Positions 1 through 8,252 of a stretch of DNA of 64,000 nucleotides are shown here, one piece after another. The stretch's first letter is position 1, and every line of letters begins with the position of its first letter. Where the stretch lies: IMG/VR virus record IMGVR_UViG_3300011115_000716, positions 1-64,000 of that record; one strand, given 5' to 3'. The notes beneath the pieces are model-generated. The model searched no databases, was not told where the DNA came from, and saw only the letters and a list, made by a program, of their open reading frames with translations. Source of the DNA: a virus. A program made the position numbers and the translations under genes.

Positions 1-1946
1 CCATCAACAAGAGGCACAACAATTTCAGCGTTGTGACCATCAATAGTCATACTGTCACTGTAACCCCAAGCCTTACGGCGTTCTTCATCCCACTGACGAG
101 TCTCATCAACAAAGCCTAAGGCAGTAATAACACCAGCCCTACGTAATCTGTGAATGATTTGGTCTTGTTCCTTAGCGTTATACCAAACACCATCAGTAAT
201 AACAATAAGAATCTTAATAGCACGCTCACTGTTAGCAAAGACATACTTGGCATAGTCAAGTGCTTGCTTAGGGCTAGTGCCACCAGCAGTGCCAACGAAT
301 GTCTTAGTTACCTTAGCCTTTTGATTAGCACTGTATAACATACGAGCATCATCAGCAAAGGTAAGCACTGTAGTGCTAGCACCTATCTTATCCATAGCAC
401 GCTTGATAGCCCACATAGAATCGTGTGCTGACTCGATAGTCCAGTTCATAGAGCCAGAGTTATCTAGCAAGATGACTGTCTCAATGTCTACGACATCTTC
501 ACGACCTTCATCCCATCTATCAAACACTTCATCAACAGCACCACCAGTAGCGTAACGATACACACTAAGTTTGCCACCACTAACTTTACGCTCCCAACCT
601 GGGTCATGCTCAGCACGGATAAGTTCTAGTTGATTAACAAAGGACTTGACTTGCTGTATAACTTCAGGTGCTACAGGTTTTTGCTGCTCGTAATTACTAC
701 GGGCTGGTGTTGGTTGATGCTTACTAGATAAAGTAGTCTCACCATTAAAGTTAGCAACCATATCATTGATATCTTCACGCAATGTATTCTTAATATTAGT
801 AAGATGCTTCTTAGCAATACTAGTTATATCATTTACCATACCAGGCTTAGGTTTACCACCAACAGATTGACTACTAGGCTTATCTGAATCACCATCACCA
901 GGCTTATCATTATCACCATCACCGTCACCGTCACTATCACCGTCACCATCACCAGGCTTATCACCAGGTTTATCTCCAGGTTGGTCACCAGGTTCAGGCT
1001 TATCATACTCTTCACCTTCTTCATCACCAGTAGACTCTGTGAACTCTTTGTCACGTTCCTTAAGAATCTTCTCAATGATACGGTCTTGACCTGCCTTAGG
1101 CATAGGTTTAGAACGTTCTGATGACTTGATGATAGAACCTTTGCCATCTTCATTCATATTAGGCATCTCTTGCCAACCACCATGTGGGTTACCATAAGGT
1201 GGATTCTTAGCAGGGTCCTTGAATGCTTCGTGAATGATGTCATGATACTCTTTGATGAGTTGCATTGCTATAGGTATCTGAGCACTGTCTGCTAAGTTAA
1301 GCACTGTGTATTTACTGATGATGTCAGATAACTCAGTGACTAACTCAGGCAGAACGAATGCCTTACGCAATGCTTTACGTAACTCAAGTGGAAGGTATGT
1401 TCTACCGTCTATTAACGGAAACAACATACCTAACTCAGTTGGGTTATCAATTAGATACTTAGCAATAGCTGCAGTAAACCAGTGCTTAACGTTACTATAC
1501 TTAGCACTTAAGAATACTTCAGTACGCTGGCTCTCTAGTGCATTGAACGCACGCTCATACTGATTACCACGAACCCACTTGACTAAATTACTACCAGCAC
1601 GAGGTGTTAATAAGATACGACCTATCTCGTGCAGAGATACACCACGAAGTTGCAACGCAACATCAGGGTCATTCAAGTCTCCAATATTTTTGGGATTGAA
1701 TGTAATATTCTCTGCATCTGATATAGCAATGGTACCTTTAGGCAACTCATAGAACTTATCTTTATCATCAGATACTGATACGTTAATCTGCCTAGCAGTT
1801 AACGCACTAGCAAACTTAGATACGACTTGAGCCATGCGTTCTTTTAGTTCATCTTGTCTATCAATAACATTAGTATTGTCAACCTTAAAGTCAATATCAA
1901 TACCAAGTTCATCATAATCAAATGAACCACGACCAATTTCAGTCAT
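1..1946 (-). CDS. VWA (MIDAS) domain protein, CobT-like partner of the MoxR ATPase; 3' end lies outside the window
   Basis: Not in the ORF track; translated by hand from ATG 1946 (SD AAGGAG). Motifs LHEIGRIL..FNALESQRTE, D/G/P-rich linker, ILLDNSGSM, GGT, VITDG. Confidence 0.88.
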   Translation of the reverse strand, partial: MTEIGRGSFDYDELGIDIDFKVDNTNVIDRQDELKERMAQVVSKFASALTARQINVSVSDDKDKFYELPKGTIAISDAENITFNPKNIGDLNDPDVALQLRGVSLHEIGRILLTPRAGSNLVKWVRGNQYERAFNALESQRTEVFLSAKYSNVKHWFTAAIAKYLIDNPTELGMLFPLIDGRTYLPLELRKALRKAFVLPELVTELSDIISKYTVLNLADSAQIPIAMQLIKEYHDIIHEAFKDPAKNPPYGNPHGGWQEMPNMNEDGKGSIIKSSERSKPMPKAGQDRIIEKILKERDKEFTESTGDEEGEEYDKPEPGDQPGDKPGDKPGDGDGDSDGDGDGDNDKPGDGDSDKPSSQSVGGKPKPGMVNDITSIAKKHLTNIKNTLREDINDMVANFNGETTLSSKHQPTPARSNYEQQKPVAPEVIQQVKSFVNQLELIRAEHDPGWERKVSGGKLSVYRYATGGAVDEVFDRWDEGREDVVDIETVILLDNSGSMNWTIESAHDSMWAIKRAMDKIGASTTVLTFADDARMLYSANQKAKVTKTFVGTAGGTSPKQALDYAKYVFANSERAIKILIVITDGVWYNAKEQDQIIHRLRRAGVITALGFVDETRQWDEERRKAWGYSDSMTIDGHNAEIVVPLVD

Positions 1947-1971
1947 GTATTTCTCCTTTACTATAAATAGA

Positions 1972-1991
1972 GTGGGGGCTTACGCCCCCAC
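1972..1991 (-). terminator. GC-rich hairpin (GTAA tetraloop) between the MoxR and VWA genes
   Basis: GTGGGGGC-GTAA-GCCCCCAC on the minus strand, weak T tail. Confidence 0.5.
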
Positions 1992-2002
1992 CCTGATTGA
2001 TA

Positions 2003-3334
2003 CTAGACAGAATAACTGTCTAATGATACACCGATGTCTGCTGCAATAGCATCGATGTCTGCATCAAGACGCATCTTAATTGCTTCACGCTCACCATCAT
2101 CCTTAGGGAAGTTGTTAAGCAATGAATACACTGCAAAGCCAAGGTTAAGTTTCTGTGCTTGGTCAATGAAGTTCATCAGGATACGTGGTGACATTGGTGT
2201 AGTGAACTGGTCAGTAGTCTTGCTTGCTTCACGAATGCTCTGTGCAAACTGTAGCAATGACTCAGACTTGATGAACTTACGTTCTACATCAATATCGTAA
2301 TCAAACTCAAGCTTAGGTTGCATACGGTCAACTAAAGCAACATCTTGCTTAGTGACTGCATAACCTGTGCCTGTGTTCTGGTCAACGATAAACAAGCAAT
2401 CAGGGTGGACCTTGACAACCTTGTTAAGTTGGTCAATGATTAACTCACGCTCATTAAGGACACGCAAGAACAAGTCTGCTGCCTTGGCAGGCATACGACT
2501 TAGTTCATTGATAAGGATTACTGATGGCTGCTGAATCGCAGTAAGGAACTGGCTGTCTTTCCATACAACGCTGTTGCCAACGCCTGTAGGGAAGAAACGA
2601 CCGTGAACTTTGCTCTCGTCAATCTGACGGCTACCTTCAATAACTACGAATGGTAGGTGATTAACTGCTGCAAAGTTATACGCAAAACTAGTCTTGCCTG
2701 TACCAGCAGGACCAGTGATAAGTAAAGTCCTTTGATTATGCTGACAATACTTAGCAACAGTAGCATCGCTAATATTGCCTGGCATTGTTCGGTCAAAGTA
2801 AGGCTTTACTTCTGGTATAACTAGAACGGCATCGCTGTTGCTAGTTGGTGTTGCTATTTCCATAGGTGTCTCCTTAGACATCTCGGGTTGGACAAGTAAC
2901 GGAATTGCTACTTGCTCTTGCACCACTGGCTGTGGTGTGGCTTGTGTTACTAGAACAATTGCTTGCTCATAAATAGACAATGAACTTGGGTCATTCAATG
3001 CTTGGTCTAGTAGATTTTGGAACTCTTCTAGAGCAGACCTTGAACTAGGCTTAGTTGTTTCAGGTAATTTCTTACCTAACTTCACCAAAAACATTGATGG
3101 TGTTATTGTGGAATTGATTACTCTATCTTCTGATGGAGTAGTCTTGAGTGATACTGGCTGTCCGACTAGTAACTCATCTTGTTCAATGAGCACATCGCCT
3201 TCTATCCAAGCACCAGCACGACCTCGACCTTCGCCTAATCGTGAGAAGATACGAACATCTTCAGTAGTAGGAACTACTGCTACTGTTCGCATCTCGCCAC
3301 TAGAAGTCTGAGACTTCATCATAGCTGCGTACAT
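2003..3334 (-). CDS. MoxR/CbbQ/CobS-like AAA+ ATPase
   Basis: Walker A GPAGTGKT, Walker B-like VILINE, VHPDC..N, ALVDR, SPR; adjacent VWA gene. Confidence 0.88.
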   Translation of the reverse strand: MYAAMMKSQTSSGEMRTVAVVPTTEDVRIFSRLGEGRGRAGAWIEGDVLIEQDELLVGQPVSLKTTPSEDRVINSTITPSMFLVKLGKKLPETTKPSSRSALEEFQNLLDQALNDPSSLSIYEQAIVLVTQATPQPVVQEQVAIPLLVQPEMSKETPMEIATPTSNSDAVLVIPEVKPYFDRTMPGNISDATVAKYCQHNQRTLLITGPAGTGKTSFAYNFAAVNHLPFVVIEGSRQIDESKVHGRFFPTGVGNSVVWKDSQFLTAIQQPSVILINELSRMPAKAADLFLRVLNERELIIDQLNKVVKVHPDCLFIVDQNTGTGYAVTKQDVALVDRMQPKLEFDYDIDVERKFIKSESLLQFAQSIREASKTTDQFTTPMSPRILMNFIDQAQKLNLGFAVYSLLNNFPKDDGEREAIKMRLDADIDAIAADIGVSLDSYSV

Positions 3335-3345
3335 ATGTTGCCTTT

Positions 3346-3738
3346 CTATTCGGTTGGACTATCAAATTCAATGTCACTCATAATGTCATTGAACTTGCTA
3401 GTAATTTCCTGATTAGCCATTGCTTCATCAGTGCTTTGCCAGGCCATTGTAGGCGTGCCTGTAATAACGCCTTGTATATAACGATGAGTATCTCCCTCAG
3501 CATTAACTAAATACAAGACCCCGTCCTTAACTTCAGCATTAGGATGCTTCTTTAAGGTTATTTCTAGGAATCCCTGGCTCATTGCCTTGGCTGATTCTAA
3601 TGTTGGAAATTGCATTTCAAGCACTTCCAACGCATCCTCACCGTTAACAATGGTGCAATCTAGGCATTTCTTAACAATGTAATAAGATAAGTTGCCGTTG
3701 ATTTCACTTGCTGTGATTCTAGGAATGTTGTTATCCAT
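3346..3738 (-). CDS. hypothetical protein
   Basis: 130 aa ORF with SD AGAAAGG. Confidence 0.7.
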   Translation of the reverse strand: MDNNIPRITASEINGNLSYYIVKKCLDCTIVNGEDALEVLEMQFPTLESAKAMSQGFLEITLKKHPNAEVKDGVLYLVNAEGDTHRYIQGVITGTPTMAWQSTDEAMANQEITSKFNDIMSDIEFDSPTE

Positions 3739-3739
3739 T

Positions 3740-4390
3740 AGGACACCAACCTTTCTATATAATGGACTACTAACGGTTGTTAGCAGGTTTGTCTATATTG
3801 CTATAGACACTACATATATAAGACTTGTTTATATAAGTAATGCGTATAGCAACGCTGGCAAAATGTTTGTGTTGGGCTCGCCATCGCCCTGTGGTATAGA
3901 CAAGCCCCCTGCTTGAGGTTACTAGTCGAATAGACTTATTATGTAACGCTCAATATACAGGGGGCTTGAGGTGTGTTCATATAATTTGAAATTAAGTTAG
4001 CTAAACTAACTGGGCCATCAGGGTAGTAGAGAACTCAGCACTCAGCAAATTAATCTACCCTTACACCAGGGAACCACTACGAATATACCAGCCAGAGTAT
4101 ATAAGTTCGGCATCTCACCAACTCAGGCTTTGATTGACTGGCCTAGCCACACCAGATGCTATGTACTACTACATAGAATTCTTATTTGTAATGCCTGTCT
4201 AGTTCTAGGGTTACCGGAGTTTCTACACCCTTGTCGTGGTCTATAAGCATTTCAGAGTATACCCTTACTAATCCGCAACCTAACCTCGTTGTATCTAACA
4301 TCTTTAGCCCTTGGTTCTAGACAGGCACTACGCCCTTTACATTTTGTAAAGGTTAGCCACTAGCAACATCTCTGCTGCTAGTGACAGTTC
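3740..4390 (-). ncRNA. Putative ~650-nt structured RNA (chain of about 15 stem-loops)
   Basis: No long minus-strand ORF; stems of 11-15 bp; GNRA loops (GAGA, GCAA) and G-U pairs work only on the minus strand. Confidence 0.6.
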
Positions 4391-4401
4391 CTTACAAACT
4401 A

Positions 4402-4905
4402 TTAGAACTTGTTTAGGAAGTTAAAGTCCTTAACCTGAATTTCTACTGTGCCTGTAGGTAGTAACTCTAGCATCTGCAGTGCTTTCTTGAAGTGAAAGAT
4501 AACTGCATCAATTGATATTGGACGGTTATATGAATCAAAGTACTGAGGAATTGCTTTATACAATTCACCATTCTTCTTTTGCATATCTTCTCTGAATTGG
4601 TAACGACTAAACTCTGGTCGTGGAGTTAGTGCACTAAGGTCAACACCATTCAAGTAAAGAGTTGCTGCTGAATTGCCTCGAATATCTATTGATAGGTTCT
4701 GAACATCTTTAGCTGAACTAAGAAGTGCCTTAGCTGCCTTAACATTCCAAGCCTTGAGGTCTTTCTCATACTTTTCTTCTGCTGCTTTGTAATCAGCATC
4801 ATACTTGTCTCGTGCAGTGTTATACGCTTTGATGCTATCTTCTAGCGTCTTTAACTTTGTAGTAATTTGATTGCGTGTTGCTACTACATTGATTTGTTGT
4901 GCCAT
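4402..4905 (-). CDS. hypothetical coiled-coil protein
   Basis: 167 aa ORF, SD GAAAGGCGGAG. Confidence 0.75.
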   Translation of the reverse strand: MAQQINVVATRNQITTKLKTLEDSIKAYNTARDKYDADYKAAEEKYEKDLKAWNVKAAKALLSSAKDVQNLSIDIRGNSAATLYLNGVDLSALTPRPEFSRYQFREDMQKKNGELYKAIPQYFDSYNRPISIDAVIFHFKKALQMLELLPTGTVEIQVKDFNFLNKF

Positions 4906-4965
4906 TTGTTGCTCCGCCTTTCTAAACGGTTATTGCTATCTGTTAACGGAATTGCTAACAGAAAC

Positions 4966-5133
4966 TTACTTGCTAGGCTTGTACCCATCAGCAAACATCT
5001 TAGCGTTGTGTACTCTGATAGCACCTATCTCTCTATCAACATGCTGTAGTTTTACATTAGCCTTACGCTCTACCCAGAACCAAAACTTCCAGCGTAGTAG
5101 TTGACGATTGGATATCTTACGAAACTCACTCAT
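4966..5133 (-). CDS. hypothetical protein
   Basis: ATG overlaps the upstream stop (TAATG); MSEFRKISNRQLLRWKFW... Confidence 0.6.
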   Translation of the reverse strand: MSEFRKISNRQLLRWKFWFWVERKANVKLQHVDREIGAIRVHNAKMFADGYKPSK

Positions 5134-5276
5134 TAGATTCTCACCAGCCTTAACTTGATGCCTAAGCGTATATACCAAGGCAACTGGCTTATAGCATAGT
5201 CTGATACGTGCCAGCCCTTACAGTCTGGACATTCATACGCATCTTCAGTGCCTGTATATTTATAGTGCTTGTTCAT
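5133..5276 (-). CDS. 47-aa protein with a YxCxxCxGWH zinc-binding motif
   Basis: Hand translation MNKHYKYTGTEDAYECPDCKGWHVSDY...; SD AAGGAAGG; fills the gap between neighbours. Confidence 0.65.
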   Translation of the reverse strand: MNKHYKYTGTEDAYECPDCKGWHVSDYAISQLPWYIRLGIKLRLVRI

Positions 5277-5514
5277 TTGTAGCCTTCCTTATTCCTAGGA
5301 CAAATCCTTCTGAGAGTAGTCCTGATTTAGTTAGTTCTTCTAGTTCTTTCTTGATGTCGTAGAGTGATTGGCACTCTGGACATACAGGAAACTTTTGTGG
5401 GTCATTACTAGGCACGAACTCTATGCCACATACTGCCTTAATTATTTTGCCATTGACATAGCCTTCCATTGCTTGGACTACATCTGTATAGTGGGCGTAC
5501 TTTTGTTCACTCAT
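5260..5514 (-). CDS. DUF3039-like protein
   Basis: AHY...AVCG..FVPSNDPQKFPVCPEC..LY matches the actinobacterial DUF3039 pattern. Confidence 0.8.
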   Translation of the reverse strand: MSEQKYAHYTDVVQAMEGYVNGKIIKAVCGIEFVPSNDPQKFPVCPECQSLYDIKKELEELTKSGLLSEGFVLGIRKATNEQAL

Positions 5515-5750
5515 TAATTTTCCTCCAGTGTTTTATATATCTCTTTCATAAGATAAGAGATATCTCGTTGTAACCCTACTGTCCATATTGCTTCTATGAT
5601 TGGTAGGCTTGGGCATTTGTTGCCCCGTTCTATGTCAGACAGATGACCTAAGGCTACTGAAGCCCTAGAAGACACTGTCCTTAATGTGATGTCGTCTTGC
5701 TCTCTAATTCTTCTTAGAGTGTGTCCTACTGCTGTGTTAAGGTCCATCAT
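5514..5750 (-). CDS. XRE-family HTH regulator, ClgR-like
   Basis: VGHTLRRIR...TLRTVSSRASVALGHLSDIERGNKCPS. Confidence 0.8.
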   Translation of the reverse strand: MMDLNTAVGHTLRRIREQDDITLRTVSSRASVALGHLSDIERGNKCPSLPIIEAIWTVGLQRDISYLMKEIYKTLEEN

Positions 5751-5980
5751 TACTCCTTAAAGTATGCTGATACGGCTGCCCATATGAATGTGATACAACT
5801 TAGCACCATAAAGGCTATACACAATGACATTGCACTAGAGTATGCTTTCATTGCTTCAGGTGTTTCATTCATATAGTATTGAAACTCATACTCGTTAGCT
5901 AACTGCCACGATACAAAGCCACTAAGTAGCAAAGCAAATGCTAGTAGTGTCTTGAGTCCTGTTTTACTCATTTGTTCCAC
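5750..5980 (-). CDS. small two-TM membrane protein
   Basis: Two hydrophobic segments; stop/start coupling. Confidence 0.7.
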   Translation of the reverse strand: MEQMSKTGLKTLLAFALLLSGFVSWQLANEYEFQYYMNETPEAMKAYSSAMSLCIAFMVLSCITFIWAAVSAYFKE

Positions 5981-6141
5981 TCCTTAGTCTCAACATTCCA
6001 AGTCTGTTTAGAACGAGGTGTAGTGCTACCGTATTTTGCTTCTCTAACCTTGAGCCTAGCGATTGCTCGCTTGCTAGTGTTAGGTGGTGTTACAGGTGTT
6101 ACAGGTGTTACTGGCTTGTTAGCCTTGACTGATTTAGTCAT
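5968..6141 (-). CDS. small basic protein with PVT repeats
   Basis: SD AAGGAG before ATG 6141; PVTPVTPVTP. Confidence 0.6.
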   Translation of the reverse strand: MTKSVKANKPVTPVTPVTPPNTSKRAIARLKVREAKYGSTTPRSKQTWNVETKEWNK

Positions 6142-6370
6142 TTGTTTCTCCTTTGAGTATTGAATCATACTGACGACCAAGTTCAACTAGTCGTTCAGTG
6201 TCTTGACGTTGTTTCTCTTCGGTTATATATTGTTCTATTGCTATTGACCTTAGATTTCTTAGATATGATACCTTTTCGGATGCTTCTCTAATGATTTTTT
6301 GCTGTTCAGCAATTTTTTCATCAACGTTCCTAACAACATAATCAGGAACTTCTATATCTTCATTGCTCAT
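6134..6370 (-). CDS. hypothetical coiled-coil protein
   Basis: 78 aa ORF, SD GAAAGGTAGG. Confidence 0.7.
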   Translation of the reverse strand: MSNEDIEVPDYVVRNVDEKIAEQQKIIREASEKVSYLRNLRSIAIEQYITEEKQRQDTERLVELGRQYDSILKGETND

Positions 6371-6634
6371 TGCTATACCTACCTTTCAAATAGGTTGGGG
6401 GGCTTAGCTACTTCTAGATAACGACTACCTGAAAGGTTGCGTGTCTCTTGGTTGCAACTAAGCCCCCGTCTTACCCTTAGAACGCCCCGACAATTAGGTA
6501 TAAAACAACACCGGGGGTCTAAGGGGGCTGTGCCCCCTTTTACTGCTCTCTATGGGGGACTTTATTATAGAGAGACAGAGAAGACTTAGAGGATAGATAA
6601 CCCACTTACTATCCTTGCTTCTATTGGAGAAGAC
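6371..6634 (-). ncRNA. Putative structured RNA or leader (~260 nt)
   Basis: At least six stems, including a 14-bp stem (6398-6411/6454-6467) with G-U pairs on the minus strand. Confidence 0.5.
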
Positions 6635-6988
6635 TTACTTAATGTAGTTCTCTACATATTCTGTTACAAACTGTAGGAAGTTGCTCTCTCTAGTAGGGTC
6701 AGTATCAAGATATTTACACGAGTAACAACCGACTTCTTCTATATTGGCAAGGAGAGAGTCATAGGCGTTCTCTTGCTTAGATATCTCGTTGTTCTCTCTA
6801 CTCATAGGCATAATAACTATACCTATATCAGAGAGTCCTGCTCTTACCATTACAACGGCATTACGGCTTGCTGTAATGATTTCTGTGTGCTTACACCCTT
6901 TAGACTCTTCTATGGTCTCTACGGGCTCTACAGGGCTTTCTTGACGTATCTTATAGCCACAGCCACAGCTACATCTTTTTTCACTCAT
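6635..6988 (-). CDS. hypothetical protein with Cys motifs (CxCGCG, CxH, CxxC)
   Basis: 117 aa ORF overlapping the upstream gene (ATGA). Confidence 0.65.
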   Translation of the reverse strand: MSEKRCSCGCGYKIRQESPVEPVETIEESKGCKHTEIITASRNAVVMVRAGLSDIGIVIMPMSRENNEISKQENAYDSLLANIEEVGCYSCKYLDTDPTRESNFLQFVTEYVENYIK

Positions 6989-7356
6989 CGGTTTCTCCCA
7001 TCAGACACCACTTTCTTTGGCTTATGTGTTAGGTCAATCTGTCGAAGCATTGCTTCTTCTAGACTGATAGTCTCTCCACTTGGTAGAGTGACTTGGATGT
7101 TGCTGTTAGTAGGCAAGACTCTTGGCTTCACCGTAGTGACGCTTTCGTCTTTGTCTCCATTAAGAGCAGCATTTAGGACTTTGTTCTTTCCTATGATTGC
7201 GGCTTTCAACTTTGCCCACTCTTCGTTAATCTCATCTTGACTAGCAAGAGGGTTATTCTTGACATAGTCATACTGAAACTCTCCGTAAGACACTTTGACT
7301 TGCTGCTTAGCAACACGCTTGACATTGTGTCTACTCCGACGATTACGGTCAGACAT
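6985..7356 (-). CDS. hypothetical protein
   Basis: 123 aa, SD AAGGAG. Confidence 0.7.
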   Translation of the reverse strand: MSDRNRRSRHNVKRVAKQQVKVSYGEFQYDYVKNNPLASQDEINEEWAKLKAAIIGKNKVLNAALNGDKDESVTTVKPRVLPTNSNIQVTLPSGETISLEEAMLRQIDLTHKPKKVVSDGRNR

Positions 7357-7459
7357 ACTTCTCCTTTGTGTGTAGTACCTGATAACAAGCGACTTCTTCC
7401 CCTGTACATCTGGGCAGACCAGCTGTCAGGCTCTGCTTGCTTCTTAGCAGTAGCCAAGA

Positions 7460-7516
7460 GTGCCCCGGTAAGACTCGAACCTACCTGTACCAGCCTTGTA
7501 ATACTGGTTTGGGGCT
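7460..7516 (-). ncRNA. tRNA-like element lacking a D-arm
   Basis: Canonical T-arm GTAGG-TTCGAGT-CTTAC, acceptor-like GCCCC/GGGGC, one anticodon-like hairpin ACCAGT-ATTACAAG-GCTGGT. Confidence 0.5.
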
Positions 7517-7568
7517 TGTGCCTAGGTATTATGAAAGCCCCCTAGGCTTAGGGCTTGGTGTGTATGGT

Positions 7569-8051
7569 TTAGAGAGACTTCTGTAGTGCTACTAGAGTCT
7601 CGTAAGCCCATTTAGCCTTACGGAACTCTTCTACGGTTCCCTCGTGAATGAAGAAGACCTCTTCCTGAGAAGCGCCTTTCTCCATCATGCGTGTCATTTC
7701 CCAAGCGCGTGCTCGTGCTTCCTTGCCCTTAGCCAAGAATACGAAGTACGGGTCTGTGGTACGACCTGCGGCAGTTTCGTCTTTCCAGATAGCCTCGGCT
7801 TCTGGGCAGGCGAATACAATAGCAAGACGGTTAGCCATCTTGCGGTTGTTGTTCATAGAGATAGCAAGGACTTCAGGGTTTACCTTAGTCTCGCTTACTG
7901 TGAACAGTGCCTTAGCGAAAGATGTAAGAGCAGCCTTGAAGTTCTCTGCCTTAGTCTTAGCGCCTTGGATTTGACGGGTTAGTGCGTCGCTGGTGCCCTT
8001 ATCGGCAGGTGATGCCAATAGGTCAAAAGCGTTAGAGTATCGTGTTGCCAC
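7569..8051 (-). CDS. hypothetical protein, first gene of the leftward arm
   Basis: 160 aa, GTG start, SD GGAGG. Confidence 0.75.
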   Translation of the reverse strand: MATRYSNAFDLLASPADKGTSDALTRQIQGAKTKAENFKAALTSFAKALFTVSETKVNPEVLAISMNNNRKMANRLAIVFACPEAEAIWKDETAAGRTTDPYFVFLAKGKEARARAWEMTRMMEKGASQEEVFFIHEGTVEEFRKAKWAYETLVALQKSL

Positions 8052-8252
8052 GGTACACCTCCATTGTTGTAGTTGTATACCCTATGGAAGCGGTATAGAC
8101 GGCGGATGCCATCGCCCCCCTGCTGTGTCTCGCACACAGTAATACAAAGTAATTCCCATAAGGTCAGGGGGACCATACACACACAAAACCAAAACCATTG
8201 ACCAACTAGAACACCATAAGAAGCGGTGCCTGTATAGAACAACAGGTATAAC

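Noticed and set aside
833-1153. 106-aa hydrophobic-looking minus ORF
   Set aside because: Alternative frame of the D/G/P-rich linker inside the VWA gene
150-1563. Plus-strand ORFs 150-338, 373-555, 1306-1563
   Set aside because: Antisense shadows of the VWA gene
3740-4390. tmRNA, RNase P RNA, self-splicing intron or hammerhead identity
   Set aside because: Diagnostic sequences (GGGG..CCA ends with T-arm, GAGGAAAGUCC, CUGAUGA..GAAA, domain V) not found by eye
7460-7535. Canonical tRNA-Val gene
   Set aside because: No D-arm, 8-nt loop, only 5-bp acceptor pairing; reported as tRNA-like only
7206-7545. ORFs 7206-7457 (-) and 7237-7545 (+)
   Set aside because: They overlap a better gene with an SD and the structured tRNA-like region; no SD of their own
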